A DNA stretch of 42,789 bases from an uncultured Candidatus Bathyarchaeia archaeon. GTDB lineage: Archaea; Thermoproteota; Bathyarchaeia; TCS64. This document shows, piece after piece, positions 1 to 8,877 of this stretch. Position numbers and translations under genes: made by a program. The notes below the pieces were generated by a model that had not been told where the DNA came from, did not search any database, and saw nothing but the letters and a program-made list of their open reading frames with translations. Position 1 is the stretch's first letter. Every line of letters starts with the position of its first letter. The stretch lies in the NCBI GenBank assembly GCA_964485755.1, contig CAZAKG010000003.1, positions 1 through 42,789 of the forward strand, given 5' to 3'.

Positions 1-79
1 CATCCGCAGGGACCCCGAGTCGGGTGTCCTCACAGGCGGCTCAGACCCTAGGGCAGACGGCTGCGCCGTGGCTTGGTAG
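1..79 (+). CDS. 3' end of a gene truncated by the window edge. C-terminus resembles gamma-glutamyltransferase.
   Basis: Frame 2 reads ...IRRDPESGVLTGGSDPRADGCAVAW then a stop at 77-79. The G-x-SDPR-x-DG-x-A-x-G/W tail is typical of GGT C-termini. Only 25 aa are visible. Confidence 0.4.
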   Translation, partial: IRRDPESGVLTGGSDPRADGCAVAW

Positions 80-276
80 CCAGCAGCCCCATCCTTTTTT
101 AATAAGCCGTAGACCAACTCGTCGTGGGATTCACCCTTGTACCATTACCCCTCCCTCATGTGGCCCTCCAGGGTGAACTCCAGCCGCTCCAGCAGGGGCG
201 TCTCCATGCCTTCCACGGGGCAACGTAGCCCATCGGGGTGATAAAACTACCTCAGGCGGCACCTAAACCGGCGTTG

Positions 277-498
277 TTACGCCGACGCCTTTATGGCGGC
301 CCGCTCCTCCACGCACCTGGGGCACTCAAGCCTCTGCTCGTAGCCGTGGGGGTAGCTCTCCACCAGCCCGTGGACGGGGCACTCGAAGACGTAGTGGGGC
401 AGCGGGCCCCTCCACCCGTCCCTGCTCCTCTCCCCCACGTACAGGTATCCGCTGAGCTGCATCCTGAGGCGGTTCAGAAGGCTGATCCTGGGGTCCAT
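277..498 (-). CDS. Small Cys/His-containing hypothetical protein, possibly zinc-ribbon-like.
   Basis: 73-aa ORF with CPVH...CPRC spacing. No family recognised. Confidence 0.4.
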   Translation of the reverse strand: MDPRISLLNRLRMQLSGYLYVGERSRDGWRGPLPHYVFECPVHGLVESYPHGYEQRLECPRCVEERAAIKASA

Positions 499-600
499 GG
501 CTTCCTCAGGTACCCCTAGACTATTAACTTTTAAAGAATCTAAGTCTGTAGCCTTCCACTACACATATGATAGATAACTGATCTACATTCCCTTGAGTGG

Positions 601-885
601 CTACTCCTCGGCCTTGGCGTACAGCTCGACGAGGCCGCATGCGATGCACCTCCGCCCCTTGACGGCCATGGTGCGCACCTCGTCGCTCTTAATCAGAAAG
701 CCCTTCTTCTCGCCGGTCTTCTCTTGCCACCTGAGCCCCATCTCCTCGGTCACGCCGATGTTGCCTATGCTCATACCGGGCATTGATATCATACCCCCCA
801 TCATCGAGGTGCCCGATGGCACGGGGATGTTCACGTAGAGCTCTCCCTCCACCATCACTCCGCCACACTTAGGACATTCAACCAT
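601..885 (-). CDS. Zinc-ribbon hypothetical protein.
   Basis: 94-aa ORF. It has an N-terminal CPKCG and a C-terminal CIACG pair flanking a Gly/Met-rich loop. Confidence 0.5.
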   Translation of the reverse strand: MVECPKCGGVMVEGELYVNIPVPSGTSMMGGMISMPGMSIGNIGVTEEMGLRWQEKTGEKKGFLIKSDEVRTMAVKGRRCIACGLVELYAKAEE

Positions 886-1027
886 ACTGGTTCACCGTCA
901 AACAGGGTTCGCCGGATAAATAACCTGTTCGAATGAGTTAGCAGTGTACGCGATACAGGTTAACTAGGGTACGCCCTGACGGCCCAGGATCAGGCGTCTT
1001 CTCCTGGGCTTCGCTTCAACAAAAGAG

Positions 1028-1035
1028 TCTTTAAT
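1028..1035 (+). promoter_or_regulatory. TATA-like box upstream of asnS, consistent with a leaderless or short-leader archaeal transcript.
   Basis: tctttaat is preceded by an A-rich BRE-like aaaaga. It is centred about 32 nt upstream of the ATG at 1064. Confidence 0.3.
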
Positions 1036-1063
1036 CCGCACCGCTATCAACCATTGGTCGAAA

Positions 1064-2374
1064 ATGACCGGATTCGTAGACGCAGCCGAAATACTGGAGG
1101 GACGACACGAGGATGGTGCCGAGGTAAAGGTCCGCGGCTGGGTGTACACCAGCAGGTCGAGCGGCGGCATCCAGTTCCTCGAGCTGAGAGACGGGACGGG
1201 AGTAATCCAGTGCACCCTGAATAAGCGCAGCGTGCCCGAGGAGACCTACGCGTACGTGGGGAAGCTGAACCTTGAATCTACCATCGAGCTCAATGGCAAC
1301 GTGAGGAAGGACGAGCGCGCCCCGGGCGGCTGGGAGCTACGCGTCACCGGCATCGGTACGGTCTACGAGGCTCAGCCCGACTACCCCATCGTGAAGAAGG
1401 AGCAGGGCCTGGAGTTCCTCATGGACAACAGGCACCTGTGGGTCAGGGAGCCCAGGCTCCAGAACATATTCCAGCTCAGGGCCAGGTTCCTGAGGGCGGC
1501 CAGAGAGTACTTCGACCTGAACGGTTACACGGAGTGCCACAGCCCCAGCTTCATGACGGCCAGCGTGGAGGGCGGAGGAACACTGTTCAGCGTGGACTAC
1601 TTCGAGCGAAAGGGCGTCTACCTGAGCCAGTCATGGCAGCTCTACGCGGAGGCCATGATAGCCTCCCTGGGCAAGATATACACTGTGGCCCCCAGCTTCA
1701 GGGCTGAGCCCAGCCGCACACGCCGCCACCTCAGCGAGTTCTGGCACCTGGAGGTGGAGGAGCCGTGGACCGACCTCGCCGGCATCCAGGCTACGGGCGA
1801 CAGGCTCGTCTGCCACATAGCCAACGCCCTGGCCCGGGATGAGCCCGAGAAGGTGCGGAAGGCGGGCGGAGACACAGGGTACCTGGCCAGCCTTGAGCCC
1901 CCGTTCCCCAAGATCAAGTACGACGAGGCAGTGGAGATCGTCCAGAAGAGGGGCGTCGAGATGTTCTGGGGCGACGACTTCGGGTACCAGCAGGAGGAGC
2001 CGCTGACCAAGGAGTTCGAGACCCCCTTCTGGGTCGAGGGGTTCCCCAGCGGCATCAAGCCCTTCTACCACATGCCTGACCCCAAGCGGCCCGAGGTCAC
2101 CATGAGCTCGGACCTCCTGGCGCCGAAGGGCTACGGCGAGATCATAGGCGGAGGCCAGCGCGTCCACGACTACGGGCAGCTGTACCAGAGGACGATAGAC
2201 GACGGCCTGGACCCCGCCAACTACGCGTGGTACATGGACCTCCGCAAGTGGGGGACGGTGCCCCACAGCGGCTTCGGTCTCGGCGTCGAGCGCGTCCTCA
2301 TGTGGATGCTGAATCTGGAGCACATACGGGACACGATACCGTTCCCCAGGGACATGCGCCGCGTCTACCCCTAG
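1064..2374 (+). CDS. asnS: Asparaginyl-tRNA synthetase (class IIb).
   Basis: 436 aa. Motifs seen: KDERAPGGWEL, PSFRAEPSRTRRHLSEFWHLE, GGGQRVHDY, and YAWYMDLRKWGTVPHSGFGLGVERV...FPRDMRRVYP. These match archaeal AsnRS rather than AspRS. Confidence 0.92.
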   Translation: MTGFVDAAEILEGRHEDGAEVKVRGWVYTSRSSGGIQFLELRDGTGVIQCTLNKRSVPEETYAYVGKLNLESTIELNGNVRKDERAPGGWELRVTGIGTVYEAQPDYPIVKKEQGLEFLMDNRHLWVREPRLQNIFQLRARFLRAAREYFDLNGYTECHSPSFMTASVEGGGTLFSVDYFERKGVYLSQSWQLYAEAMIASLGKIYTVAPSFRAEPSRTRRHLSEFWHLEVEEPWTDLAGIQATGDRLVCHIANALARDEPEKVRKAGGDTGYLASLEPPFPKIKYDEAVEIVQKRGVEMFWGDDFGYQQEEPLTKEFETPFWVEGFPSGIKPFYHMPDPKRPEVTMSSDLLAPKGYGEIIGGGQRVHDYGQLYQRTIDDGLDPANYAWYMDLRKWGTVPHSGFGLGVERVLMWMLNLEHIRDTIPFPRDMRRVYP

Positions 2375-2412
2375 CTCAAACCTTTTTAACAGCCGTTACG
2401 CCAGAAACCTAA

Positions 2413-2775
2413 ATGTACGTCATCGACGTTGACTTCAAGTCGGGCAGCAACACCCTCCACAGGGAGGAGTGCGTACACGCGGTTCCAGACAACAGCCCCG
2501 ACAAGGCCGTCGGGGAGCTGGGGGAGGGAGGAGGCTGGATCAGCTTCACAAGCCCCGGCGAGGCCCTCAGGTGGCTGAAGGAGAACCGGGTCAGGGGCCT
2601 GATAGTTCACTGCAAGCAATGCGCTCCCCTCAGCACCATGACGCCTGAGCCCGCTGCGAGGCTCAACGTCGGCCTTCTGAAGACGGGGTGCGACGCATGC
2701 ACACGGGAGATGACGTTCCTGGACACCAAGTCCATCAACAAGAGGCTTGAGTCCCGGAGCCAGGGCTCCAAGTAG
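2413..2775 (+). CDS. Hypothetical protein.
   Basis: 120-aa ORF that exactly fills the gap between asnS and the next minus-strand gene. No motif recognised. Confidence 0.45.
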   Translation: MYVIDVDFKSGSNTLHREECVHAVPDNSPDKAVGELGEGGGWISFTSPGEALRWLKENRVRGLIVHCKQCAPLSTMTPEPAARLNVGLLKTGCDACTREMTFLDTKSINKRLESRSQGSK

Positions 2776-2777
2776 CC

Positions 2778-3356
2778 TTATACTTCTGGCTCCCTCTGCC
2801 TGAGCATCCAATAGCCCAGCACCATCTGCCAGACGCCGAGGGAGCCAGCCGACGCCAGCTCCTTTAAGGCGTTGACGGGTCCACCCAACTCCATAACGGC
2901 GATGCCTATGACGCCCCCTATTAAGCCCAGGGCGGCGTAGCCCCTCAACCTCCTCGTCCAGAGGTAGATGCTGTACGCCACCATGCCCAGGGGGATCAGG
3001 ACGAACAGCGCGATTGCGAGGAAGTCGTGGATGGGCTGGTGCTGGACCGTGGCGACGCCGAGCACCGCGGTCAACACAGAGGCCGCCAGATAGGTTGCGC
3101 TCCCCACCTGCCCCCTCCGGTCCCCCTTGGACACCTCGAACAGGCCCGTGCTGAACAGCATCATGACAGCCCCCGTCATGAGGAGCCCGCTGTTGAACAG
3201 GACGGCGCCGAACCCCTCGGCGCCGAGCTGGCTCAGCGTCTGGACGGCCGGGTCCCATCCCGGCGTGAACTGGACGCTGAGGAAGATCATCAGAGCCCCT
3301 ATGATGGGGGCCGCCACACCGAAGAACCCCATGAGCCTGACGATCTTGACGTTCAT
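2778..3356 (-). CDS. Polytopic membrane protein, DUF998-like.
   Basis: 192 aa with about 6 hydrophobic helices. The early ...QTLSQLGAEG... motif is reminiscent of DUF998 proteins. The longer antisense ORF 2386-3393 was rejected. Confidence 0.6.
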   Translation of the reverse strand: MNVKIVRLMGFFGVAAPIIGALMIFLSVQFTPGWDPAVQTLSQLGAEGFGAVLFNSGLLMTGAVMMLFSTGLFEVSKGDRRGQVGSATYLAASVLTAVLGVATVQHQPIHDFLAIALFVLIPLGMVAYSIYLWTRRLRGYAALGLIGGVIGIAVMELGGPVNALKELASAGSLGVWQMVLGYWMLRQREPEV

Positions 3357-3408
3357 TGGGACAGTAGTGAGGCTGCTCTTCTATAAGTGTCATGATAAAA
3401 AGAGGGGG

Positions 3409-3906
3409 CTACCTAAGCTGCTTCACGTACTCTGACCGCTCCAGCGCCTTCACCAGAGCCACTCCGAGCACGGACACGGCCACCAGGCTGCTCAGCGTTA
3501 TGCTAACCATCATGGCCAGCCATGCCGGGAGCTGGAGCCCCATGATGCTGGGCGGCGGAAAGAAGAGCCACAGGTAGCCGCCCACCACGACGCCGATGAC
3601 CAGCGACGCCGCCACCGACGCGGGAACCAGCCTGTCCTTGAACCTGTAGATGATGTAGCCTGCGGCAAGGTTGGCCGCGGCGCCGAAGACCACGTCGATG
3701 GGGCTCAGGAACCAGTAGGCGTTAGCCACCAGCGCCCCTAGGGCTACGCCCAGGACCGCCGGCGGCCCCAGGAGGGCTGACAGCGGTATAAGGCAGTCCG
3801 CTAACCTCAACTGTATTGGCCCAAAGCTTATGGGCGCAAGGATGATCACGGTGGCTGCGTAGAGGGCAGCTATAACGGCTGATAGACTGATCTGTCTCGT
3901 GTTCAT
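3409..3906 (-). CDS. queT: QueT-family transporter (queuosine/archaeosine precursor, ECF S-component-like).
   Basis: 165 aa. The N-terminus ...ISLSAVIAALYAATVIILAPISFGPIQLRLADCLIPLSALLG... is typical of QueT (PF06177-like). About 5 TM helices. Confidence 0.72.
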   Translation of the reverse strand: MNTRQISLSAVIAALYAATVIILAPISFGPIQLRLADCLIPLSALLGPPAVLGVALGALVANAYWFLSPIDVVFGAAANLAAGYIIYRFKDRLVPASVAASLVIGVVVGGYLWLFFPPPSIMGLQLPAWLAMMVSITLSSLVAVSVLGVALVKALERSEYVKQLR

Positions 3907-4139
3907 GTTTCTACCTCCTTACTCCGGGGTTTCTAGGGCGGAACGGGTCGGAGGCCCCACCTACCCGCCAAGAAGGGCAGACCACTGGGCCGCTTATAAT
4001 GGTTTCCGGTGCGTTGACGGCCCATGTGTGTATAGCCGGGCGACAAGGCTCAGTTTAAAAACCATTGTTTGGCTGTCAGCCCGAGGCGGTTGCGAGGGCT
4101 ACGGGTTCATCACCTTTCCCTGTCGCGCCCTCTAACCAT

Positions 4140-4472
4140 TCATCTGCCTGACAGGTCCCTTATCTTGCTCTTGATCTCGAAGACTCGGCGGTCGATTACC
4201 TGCTCGAACTCCGCCATCTCGTGGAGGCTTATGGGCTCCCTGCTGTGCATCTTGTAGTTGATGAAGTAGCTGAACGCCTCCGCATATATCTTGCCGAACA
4301 TGGCGCTCTCGGCGCTCTCAACGATGCCCATCTCCTCGAAGCGCTTGAAGGTGTTGTGGTTGAGCTCCAGGCGGCGGTCCATGAGCTCGTCGTCTATGGC
4401 CTGCTCAACGACTCCCCGTGCGACTGCCTCCATCGTTGACCGTGAGGGACTCCGCCCCGGCCTTAAAAACAA
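4140..4472 (-). CDS. Hypothetical helical protein.
   Basis: 110-aa ORF. The start may instead be the internal Met at residue 14 (MEAVARG...). No family recognised. Confidence 0.45.
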   Translation of the reverse strand: MFLRPGRSPSRSTMEAVARGVVEQAIDDELMDRRLELNHNTFKRFEEMGIVESAESAMFGKIYAEAFSYFINYKMHSREPISLHEMAEFEQVIDRRVFEIKSKIRDLSGR

Positions 4473-4620
4473 TTAAGGAGACCTATCACGTAACTATGAA
4501 ACAGGGCTAACCTCGTTACCGCGGCTCGGTACCTGAGATACGGAGCCCTGAACCTCAAACCGGTGACGCTTCACGGGATAAAAAGATGAGCGCCCGGCGG
4601 CGCAGGCGCTGGGAACCTCA

Positions 4621-4628
4621 TTTATACC
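4621..4628 (+). promoter_or_regulatory. TATA box upstream of the PHP phosphatase gene.
   Basis: tttatacc is centred about 31 nt upstream of the ATG at 4655, which suggests a leaderless transcript. Confidence 0.35.
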
Positions 4629-4654
4629 GGAGGCTGAAATAGATTGAGGACACT

Positions 4655-5494
4655 ATGACACCCCCAATGATAGACTACCACGTCCACGAGAGCCACTCCA
4701 GGGACGCCCCGACAGCGACCGTCAGGAGCCTGGTCGAGGCAGCCGAGGCCGGGGGCGTCGAGGAGCTAGCCTTCACAACTCACCTCATACTGGAGGGCCC
4801 CGACACGTACCTTGGGGTGCAACCTAACGAGCTGGACGGCTACTTCAGGCTCATCGAGGAGGCCCAGCTGGACACCGACATGAGGCTTAGGGCCGGCCTG
4901 GAGGTGGACTACTTCAGGTCCCAGGAGGGGCGGATACGGGCCATCGTTGAGGAGCACCCGCTGGACTACGTGCTCGGAAGCACCCACTACATCAACGGCG
5001 TCGACATAGGGTCGCGGGTGGAGGCCAGGGGCTTCTTCGAGGGCAGGCCCCTGGGGGACGCAGCCGACGAGTACTTCACGGTCTGGAGGGAGGCCGTGGA
5101 GTCTGGGCTCTTCGACGCCATGGCTCACCCGGACTACTGGAGGAAGTTCCTGCACACGGCGAGGGCTGAGCCTGCCGCCTGGAGCGAGTACGGGGCCGTG
5201 GTGGCGGACGCCATCGAGAGCCTTGCCCGGTGCGGGGTCGGCGTGGAGGTGAACACCTCGGCCACGAGGCACGGCCTCGGCGGCTTCTACCCCGTGAGGG
5301 AGTTCATGGAGGCGGCCCACGCCGCCGGTGTGCGGAAGGTCACTTTAGGCAGCGACACCCACAGCCCGGAGGTGCTGGGATACATGATACCGGAGGCGGC
5401 GAGGCAGCTGCAGAGCGTGGGCTTCAGCAGAGTATCCACGTTCAGGGGCAGGAAGGCCGCGTCCATTCCGTTGAACCGCCTACTGCCCAGCTAA
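4655..5494 (+). CDS. PHP-domain phosphatase, histidinol-phosphatase (HisJ) family.
   Basis: 279 aa. IDYHVHESHSRD at the N-terminus, later THY and HPDY, then GSDTHSP. This is the PHP metal-ligand pattern. Confidence 0.8.
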   Translation: MTPPMIDYHVHESHSRDAPTATVRSLVEAAEAGGVEELAFTTHLILEGPDTYLGVQPNELDGYFRLIEEAQLDTDMRLRAGLEVDYFRSQEGRIRAIVEEHPLDYVLGSTHYINGVDIGSRVEARGFFEGRPLGDAADEYFTVWREAVESGLFDAMAHPDYWRKFLHTARAEPAAWSEYGAVVADAIESLARCGVGVEVNTSATRHGLGGFYPVREFMEAAHAAGVRKVTLGSDTHSPEVLGYMIPEAARQLQSVGFSRVSTFRGRKAASIPLNRLLPS

Positions 5495-5524
5495 TGTGTT
5501 AAGTACCCTTCGCTCATCCTAGGT

Positions 5525-5977
5525 TTGATCACGTTGCCCACGAAGGAGCTTGTCGACTCGGTTGAGGGCTTCCACCTCGCGTCCTACTACGCCGGGATCA
5601 GTGTCGCTTTCGCCGAGGTGGTGGCCGCCGGCTGCAAGAGGCTGGCCCTCAGCTCCCCCTACAGCTGGGACGAGGCAGAGTTGATGAGGGAGCCCACGCG
5701 CGTCGCGGCTCAGGAGTACGGCGTGAGGCTCCTGGAGGAGGCGGACCTGCTCACCACGAGGCTGTTCCCCAGGAACATAGCTGAGGGGAAGACCGTGTTC
5801 CTCATAGCCCGCGACGACGAGGTTCTAGCCGAGTACGCCAGGCTGAAGGAGATGATGCGCCGGAGCGACGAGGAGGGGAACCCCGAGCACCTGGAGCTGG
5901 ACCTGGCGTGGAGGTTCGGCCGGCTCCTCAGCTACAGCGACGAGAAGATAGTGGAGCTTCTTTCGAAGCGCGGCTAG
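5525..5977 (+). CDS. Hypothetical protein.
   Basis: 150-aa ORF with host-like codon usage and a non-ATG start. No family recognised. Confidence 0.5.
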   Translation: MITLPTKELVDSVEGFHLASYYAGISVAFAEVVAAGCKRLALSSPYSWDEAELMREPTRVAAQEYGVRLLEEADLLTTRLFPRNIAEGKTVFLIARDDEVLAEYARLKEMMRRSDEEGNPEHLELDLAWRFGRLLSYSDEKIVELLSKRG

Positions 5978-7203
5978 AGACCTGGGCGCACCCCGAGCAC
6001 TAGGTCTATGTCCAGGGTGTCGCTCTCCCCGCTCCTGATCACCGTGAAGGTGACGACGTCGCCGGGCCTCTTGTTCCTCTCCACGTAGTTTATGAGGTCG
6101 TAGAAGTTGCTCATGGCGTGGCCGTCTACCCCTATTATGATGTCTCCGCCGACCGAGACAGCGGTGCCCTCTATCGTGGCCTGCCTGTCGCCGCCTCTCA
6201 GCCCAGCGGCCTCGGCGGGGCTCTCGGCCGTGACGGAGACCACGAGGGTGCCCATGGTGTTGCTGTCAAGCGACATGGCCTCGGCCACTGCCGGCGATAT
6301 CTGGCGCCCCGTTATGCCTATCCACGGGTGCTGGTAGCCGCCCGTCTCGATGAGGCTGGCCGCCTCCCTCTTTATGGTGTCGCTGGGTATGGCGAATCCG
6401 ACGCCGCTGAACTGGCCTGTGTCGCTGAGTATCCAGGTGTTCATGCCAACCGCCTCCCCCCTGAGGCTGAGTAGGGGTCCTCCGCTGTTGCCTGGGTTTA
6501 TGGCGGCGTCGGTCTGGATCACGTCCACGATGACGTAGTTGCCTGGGGCCGACGACTGTCTGCCGAGGGCGCTGACGATGCCCAGGGTCATGGTGTTTGC
6601 TAGGCCGAATGGGTTGCCTATGGCCGCAACGTACTCGCCGACGAGGAGGTCTGAGCTGCTGCCGAGCCTCAGCGGGATGAGGTCTTCATCCGGCACGTCC
6701 ACGTCTATGACCGCCATGTCGCTGTAGGGGTCAGTGCCCACGAGGGTGGCCGTTGCGACCCTGCCGTTGAGGAACGTGACGGTTATGCTTGTGGCGTCCT
6801 CCACGACGTGGTTGTTGGTGATGATCCTGCCCTCCTCGTCGTAGACGAAGCCGCTGCCCGTGCCTCCGCCTGTGGCCGTCCTCACCGAGATGAGGACCAC
6901 GCTGTTCTTGGTCCTGTTGTAGAGCTGGGTCAGTATCAGGCTGTCCGTGTCGTTGGACGCCTTGATCTTGAGCTGGTCCCTGAGTCCCTGGATCTCCAGC
7001 TGGGCGCTGCTCAGCTGGAACCTGAGGCTGTCCAACTCCGTGTTGATCTGGTTCAGGTCGTCGCCGCCCAGGCTGCCTCTGAAGAACGTGACGTATCCGA
7101 GGACCCCCACGTTGAGGACCATGAAGATGGCGATCACAGCCCAGAGCTTGTTGTCGCTGTACTCGCCGCGGCCCCTTGAACTGTTTAACCGTTCGTCGCT
7201 CAA
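5974..7203 (-). CDS. HtrA/DegP-type serine protease (S1C) with N-terminal membrane anchor and C-terminal PDZ domain.
   Basis: 409 aa. TM helix near the N-terminus, GSGFVYDEEGRIITNNHVV (His region), GNSGGPLL (catalytic Ser), and a PDZ-like tail (...GLRGGD...IIGVDG...). Confidence 0.9.
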   Translation of the reverse strand: MSDERLNSSRGRGEYSDNKLWAVIAIFMVLNVGVLGYVTFFRGSLGGDDLNQINTELDSLRFQLSSAQLEIQGLRDQLKIKASNDTDSLILTQLYNRTKNSVVLISVRTATGGGTGSGFVYDEEGRIITNNHVVEDATSITVTFLNGRVATATLVGTDPYSDMAVIDVDVPDEDLIPLRLGSSSDLLVGEYVAAIGNPFGLANTMTLGIVSALGRQSSAPGNYVIVDVIQTDAAINPGNSGGPLLSLRGEAVGMNTWILSDTGQFSGVGFAIPSDTIKREAASLIETGGYQHPWIGITGRQISPAVAEAMSLDSNTMGTLVVSVTAESPAEAAGLRGGDRQATIEGTAVSVGGDIIIGVDGHAMSNFYDLINYVERNKRPGDVVTFTVIRSGESDTLDIDLVLGVRPGL

Positions 7204-7270
7204 ACCGTATCACCAACACCCTGTGGTCGGTGGATAAAATATCTTTTTCATATTCATATCCAGATCGCGG

Positions 7271-7996
7271 TCACTCCATGTGCCTGTAGGTTCCATCCGC
7301 CAGCTTCCTGTGGACGACCTCCATGATCTCAGGCGGGGGCACCCTGAACGTGGGGAGCTCACTCTCGCCCTGAGGCGTCCTGGGCACCTCGCCCTTCCTC
7401 CACATGCCCACGGCCTCCGTCATGAGGGTGCCCGCCGTGACCAAGGTCTTCCAGCATAGATGCTCGTAGGTGTCGCCCCTGTGGACCGGTATCGTCCGCT
7501 TGACCACTATGTCGCCCGTGTCTATGTCGGGGTCTATGAAGTGGCATGTGCATCCGATGGGTATATCGTAGTATATGCTCCAGGCGACGCTGGCCGAGCC
7601 CCGGACCTCTGGTAGGAGCCCGGGGTGGCTGTTGAGCATCCCGTCTGGCGGTATCTTGAGGACGCCTCTGCTGATTATCCTGGTGCCTCCGAGGACGCCC
7701 AGGTCCGGCCCAAGCTCCATCAGTATCTCCCTGCACCCCCGCTTGTTGTGGTGGGGCACCTTGTGCCTCTGGACGTCCCTTCCCTCAAGGAGCTGGTTGA
7801 AGGTGGGGGCGACCCTGTGGCCCCTGATGCGTGCGAGGAACTTGTCCCGCTCCTCCTCCGCCACGGGGCCCGTCTCCTCAATAATGGCTGAGGGGACGTG
7901 TCCGGCCTCCATGAGCTGCATCAGCATCTCCCTGCCGTAGGGGTGCTCCTCCAGGACCAGGAAGGCGAAGCTCTTAGTCATTCCTCTAGCTCCCAA
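7271..7996 (-). CDS. Formyltransferase-family protein (Fmt/PurN-like fold).
   Basis: 241 aa. NSHPGLLPEVRGSASVAWSI matches the formyl_trans_N HPSLLPxxRG motif, followed by DTGDIV. Confidence 0.72.
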   Translation of the reverse strand: MGARGMTKSFAFLVLEEHPYGREMLMQLMEAGHVPSAIIEETGPVAEEERDKFLARIRGHRVAPTFNQLLEGRDVQRHKVPHHNKRGCREILMELGPDLGVLGGTRIISRGVLKIPPDGMLNSHPGLLPEVRGSASVAWSIYYDIPIGCTCHFIDPDIDTGDIVVKRTIPVHRGDTYEHLCWKTLVTAGTLMTEAVGMWRKGEVPRTPQGESELPTFRVPPPEIMEVVHRKLADGTYRHME

Positions 7997-8002
7997 GCGG
8001 TC

Positions 8003-8794
8003 CTATAGGAGGGCGTAGCGGAGGCTCTCACCGCACTGGCATGTCCTCTTCTCGGGGATGAGGGGCAGCGCGCTCATGATGAGCTCCCTGAACCTGGCGC
8101 TGTTGCTCCGCATGGTCTCCATCACCTCGTCGCTGGTCACCGGCTTCTCGGCCCACACGTCGTAGTCGGTGACCATGGCTATGGAGACGTAGCAGAGCTC
8201 GGCCTCCCGGGCGAGGATGGCTTCTGGGTGGAGGGTCATGCCTATGATGTCGCAGCCCCACTGCCTGAAGAGCTTGGACTCGGCGCGGGTGCTGAACCGG
8301 GGGCCCTGTACGCAGACGTATGTGCCCGCTGGGTGGACGGGGAACCCGAGCTTCTTGGTGTGCTCTGCGAAGAACTGGTGGAGCTGGGGGCATATGGGGT
8401 CAGCTGATGAGATGTGGCATAGCTGGCCGCCGTCGTAGAAGGTGTCCGGCCTGTCCTTGGTCCTGTCTATGTACTGGTCGGTGATGACGAAGTCCCCCGG
8501 CTTGTAGTCCTCGCGGAGGCTGCCCACTGCGCTGCTGGCCACGACGCGTTTAACGCCCAGGCTCTTGAGGGCCCAGATGTTGGCTCTTGACGGGAGCCTG
8601 TGGGGCGGGATGGTGTGGCCTCTGCCGTGGCGGGGGATGAAGGCGACCCTCTTACCCTTGTAGGTGCCCAGGGTGACCAGGTCGGAGGTGGCCCCGTATG
8701 GGGTGTGGACCTTGACCTCCTGGGCGTCCTCGATGAGCTGGGGGTCGTAGACCCCTGTGCCGCCTATGATGGCTATGTCTGCTCTATGCTCCAT
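8003..8794 (-). CDS. mtnP: S-methyl-5'-thioadenosine phosphorylase.
   Basis: 263 aa. IAIIGGTGVYD, FIPRHGRGHTIPPHRLPSRANIWALKSLGV, and MTLHPEAILAREAELCY. These are classic MTAP/PNP-family motifs. Confidence 0.9.
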   Translation of the reverse strand: MEHRADIAIIGGTGVYDPQLIEDAQEVKVHTPYGATSDLVTLGTYKGKRVAFIPRHGRGHTIPPHRLPSRANIWALKSLGVKRVVASSAVGSLREDYKPGDFVITDQYIDRTKDRPDTFYDGGQLCHISSADPICPQLHQFFAEHTKKLGFPVHPAGTYVCVQGPRFSTRAESKLFRQWGCDIIGMTLHPEAILAREAELCYVSIAMVTDYDVWAEKPVTSDEVMETMRSNSARFRELIMSALPLIPEKRTCQCGESLRYALL

Positions 8795-8877
8795 GCATAA
8801 TCAATGGCTCATACACCATAAATGCTCTACGCCCCCGTTTCGATAAGCTTAAGTCCGCTGGTTCATCCACCTCGGCG

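Noticed and set aside
2386-3393. Long ORFs antisense to or overlapping well-supported genes. Examples: 2386-3393 (-), 1631-2323 (-), 9859-10440 (-), 16228-16926 (+), 17061-18098 (+), 23718-24857 (-), 27511-28251 (-), 27816-28775 (-), 35555-36148 (-), 37881-38621 (-), 38952-39692 (-) and 41466-42572 (+).
   Set aside because: They are typical stop-codon-poor shadow frames of high-GC or skewed DNA. Their translations are low-complexity (Arg/Pro/Gly/His-rich) with no motifs, and in every case the other frame or strand carries a clear family signature.
3907-4140. SRP RNA, RNase P RNA or another large structured RNA in the 235-bp queT upstream gap. The same question applied to the gaps at 4473-4654 and 25899-26137.
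   Set aside because: None of the conserved blocks I know are present, for example the RNase P GAGGAAAGUCC-type CR-I or the SRP helix-8 GGAAGCAGCC-like motif. The gaps are better explained as promoter and leader regions.
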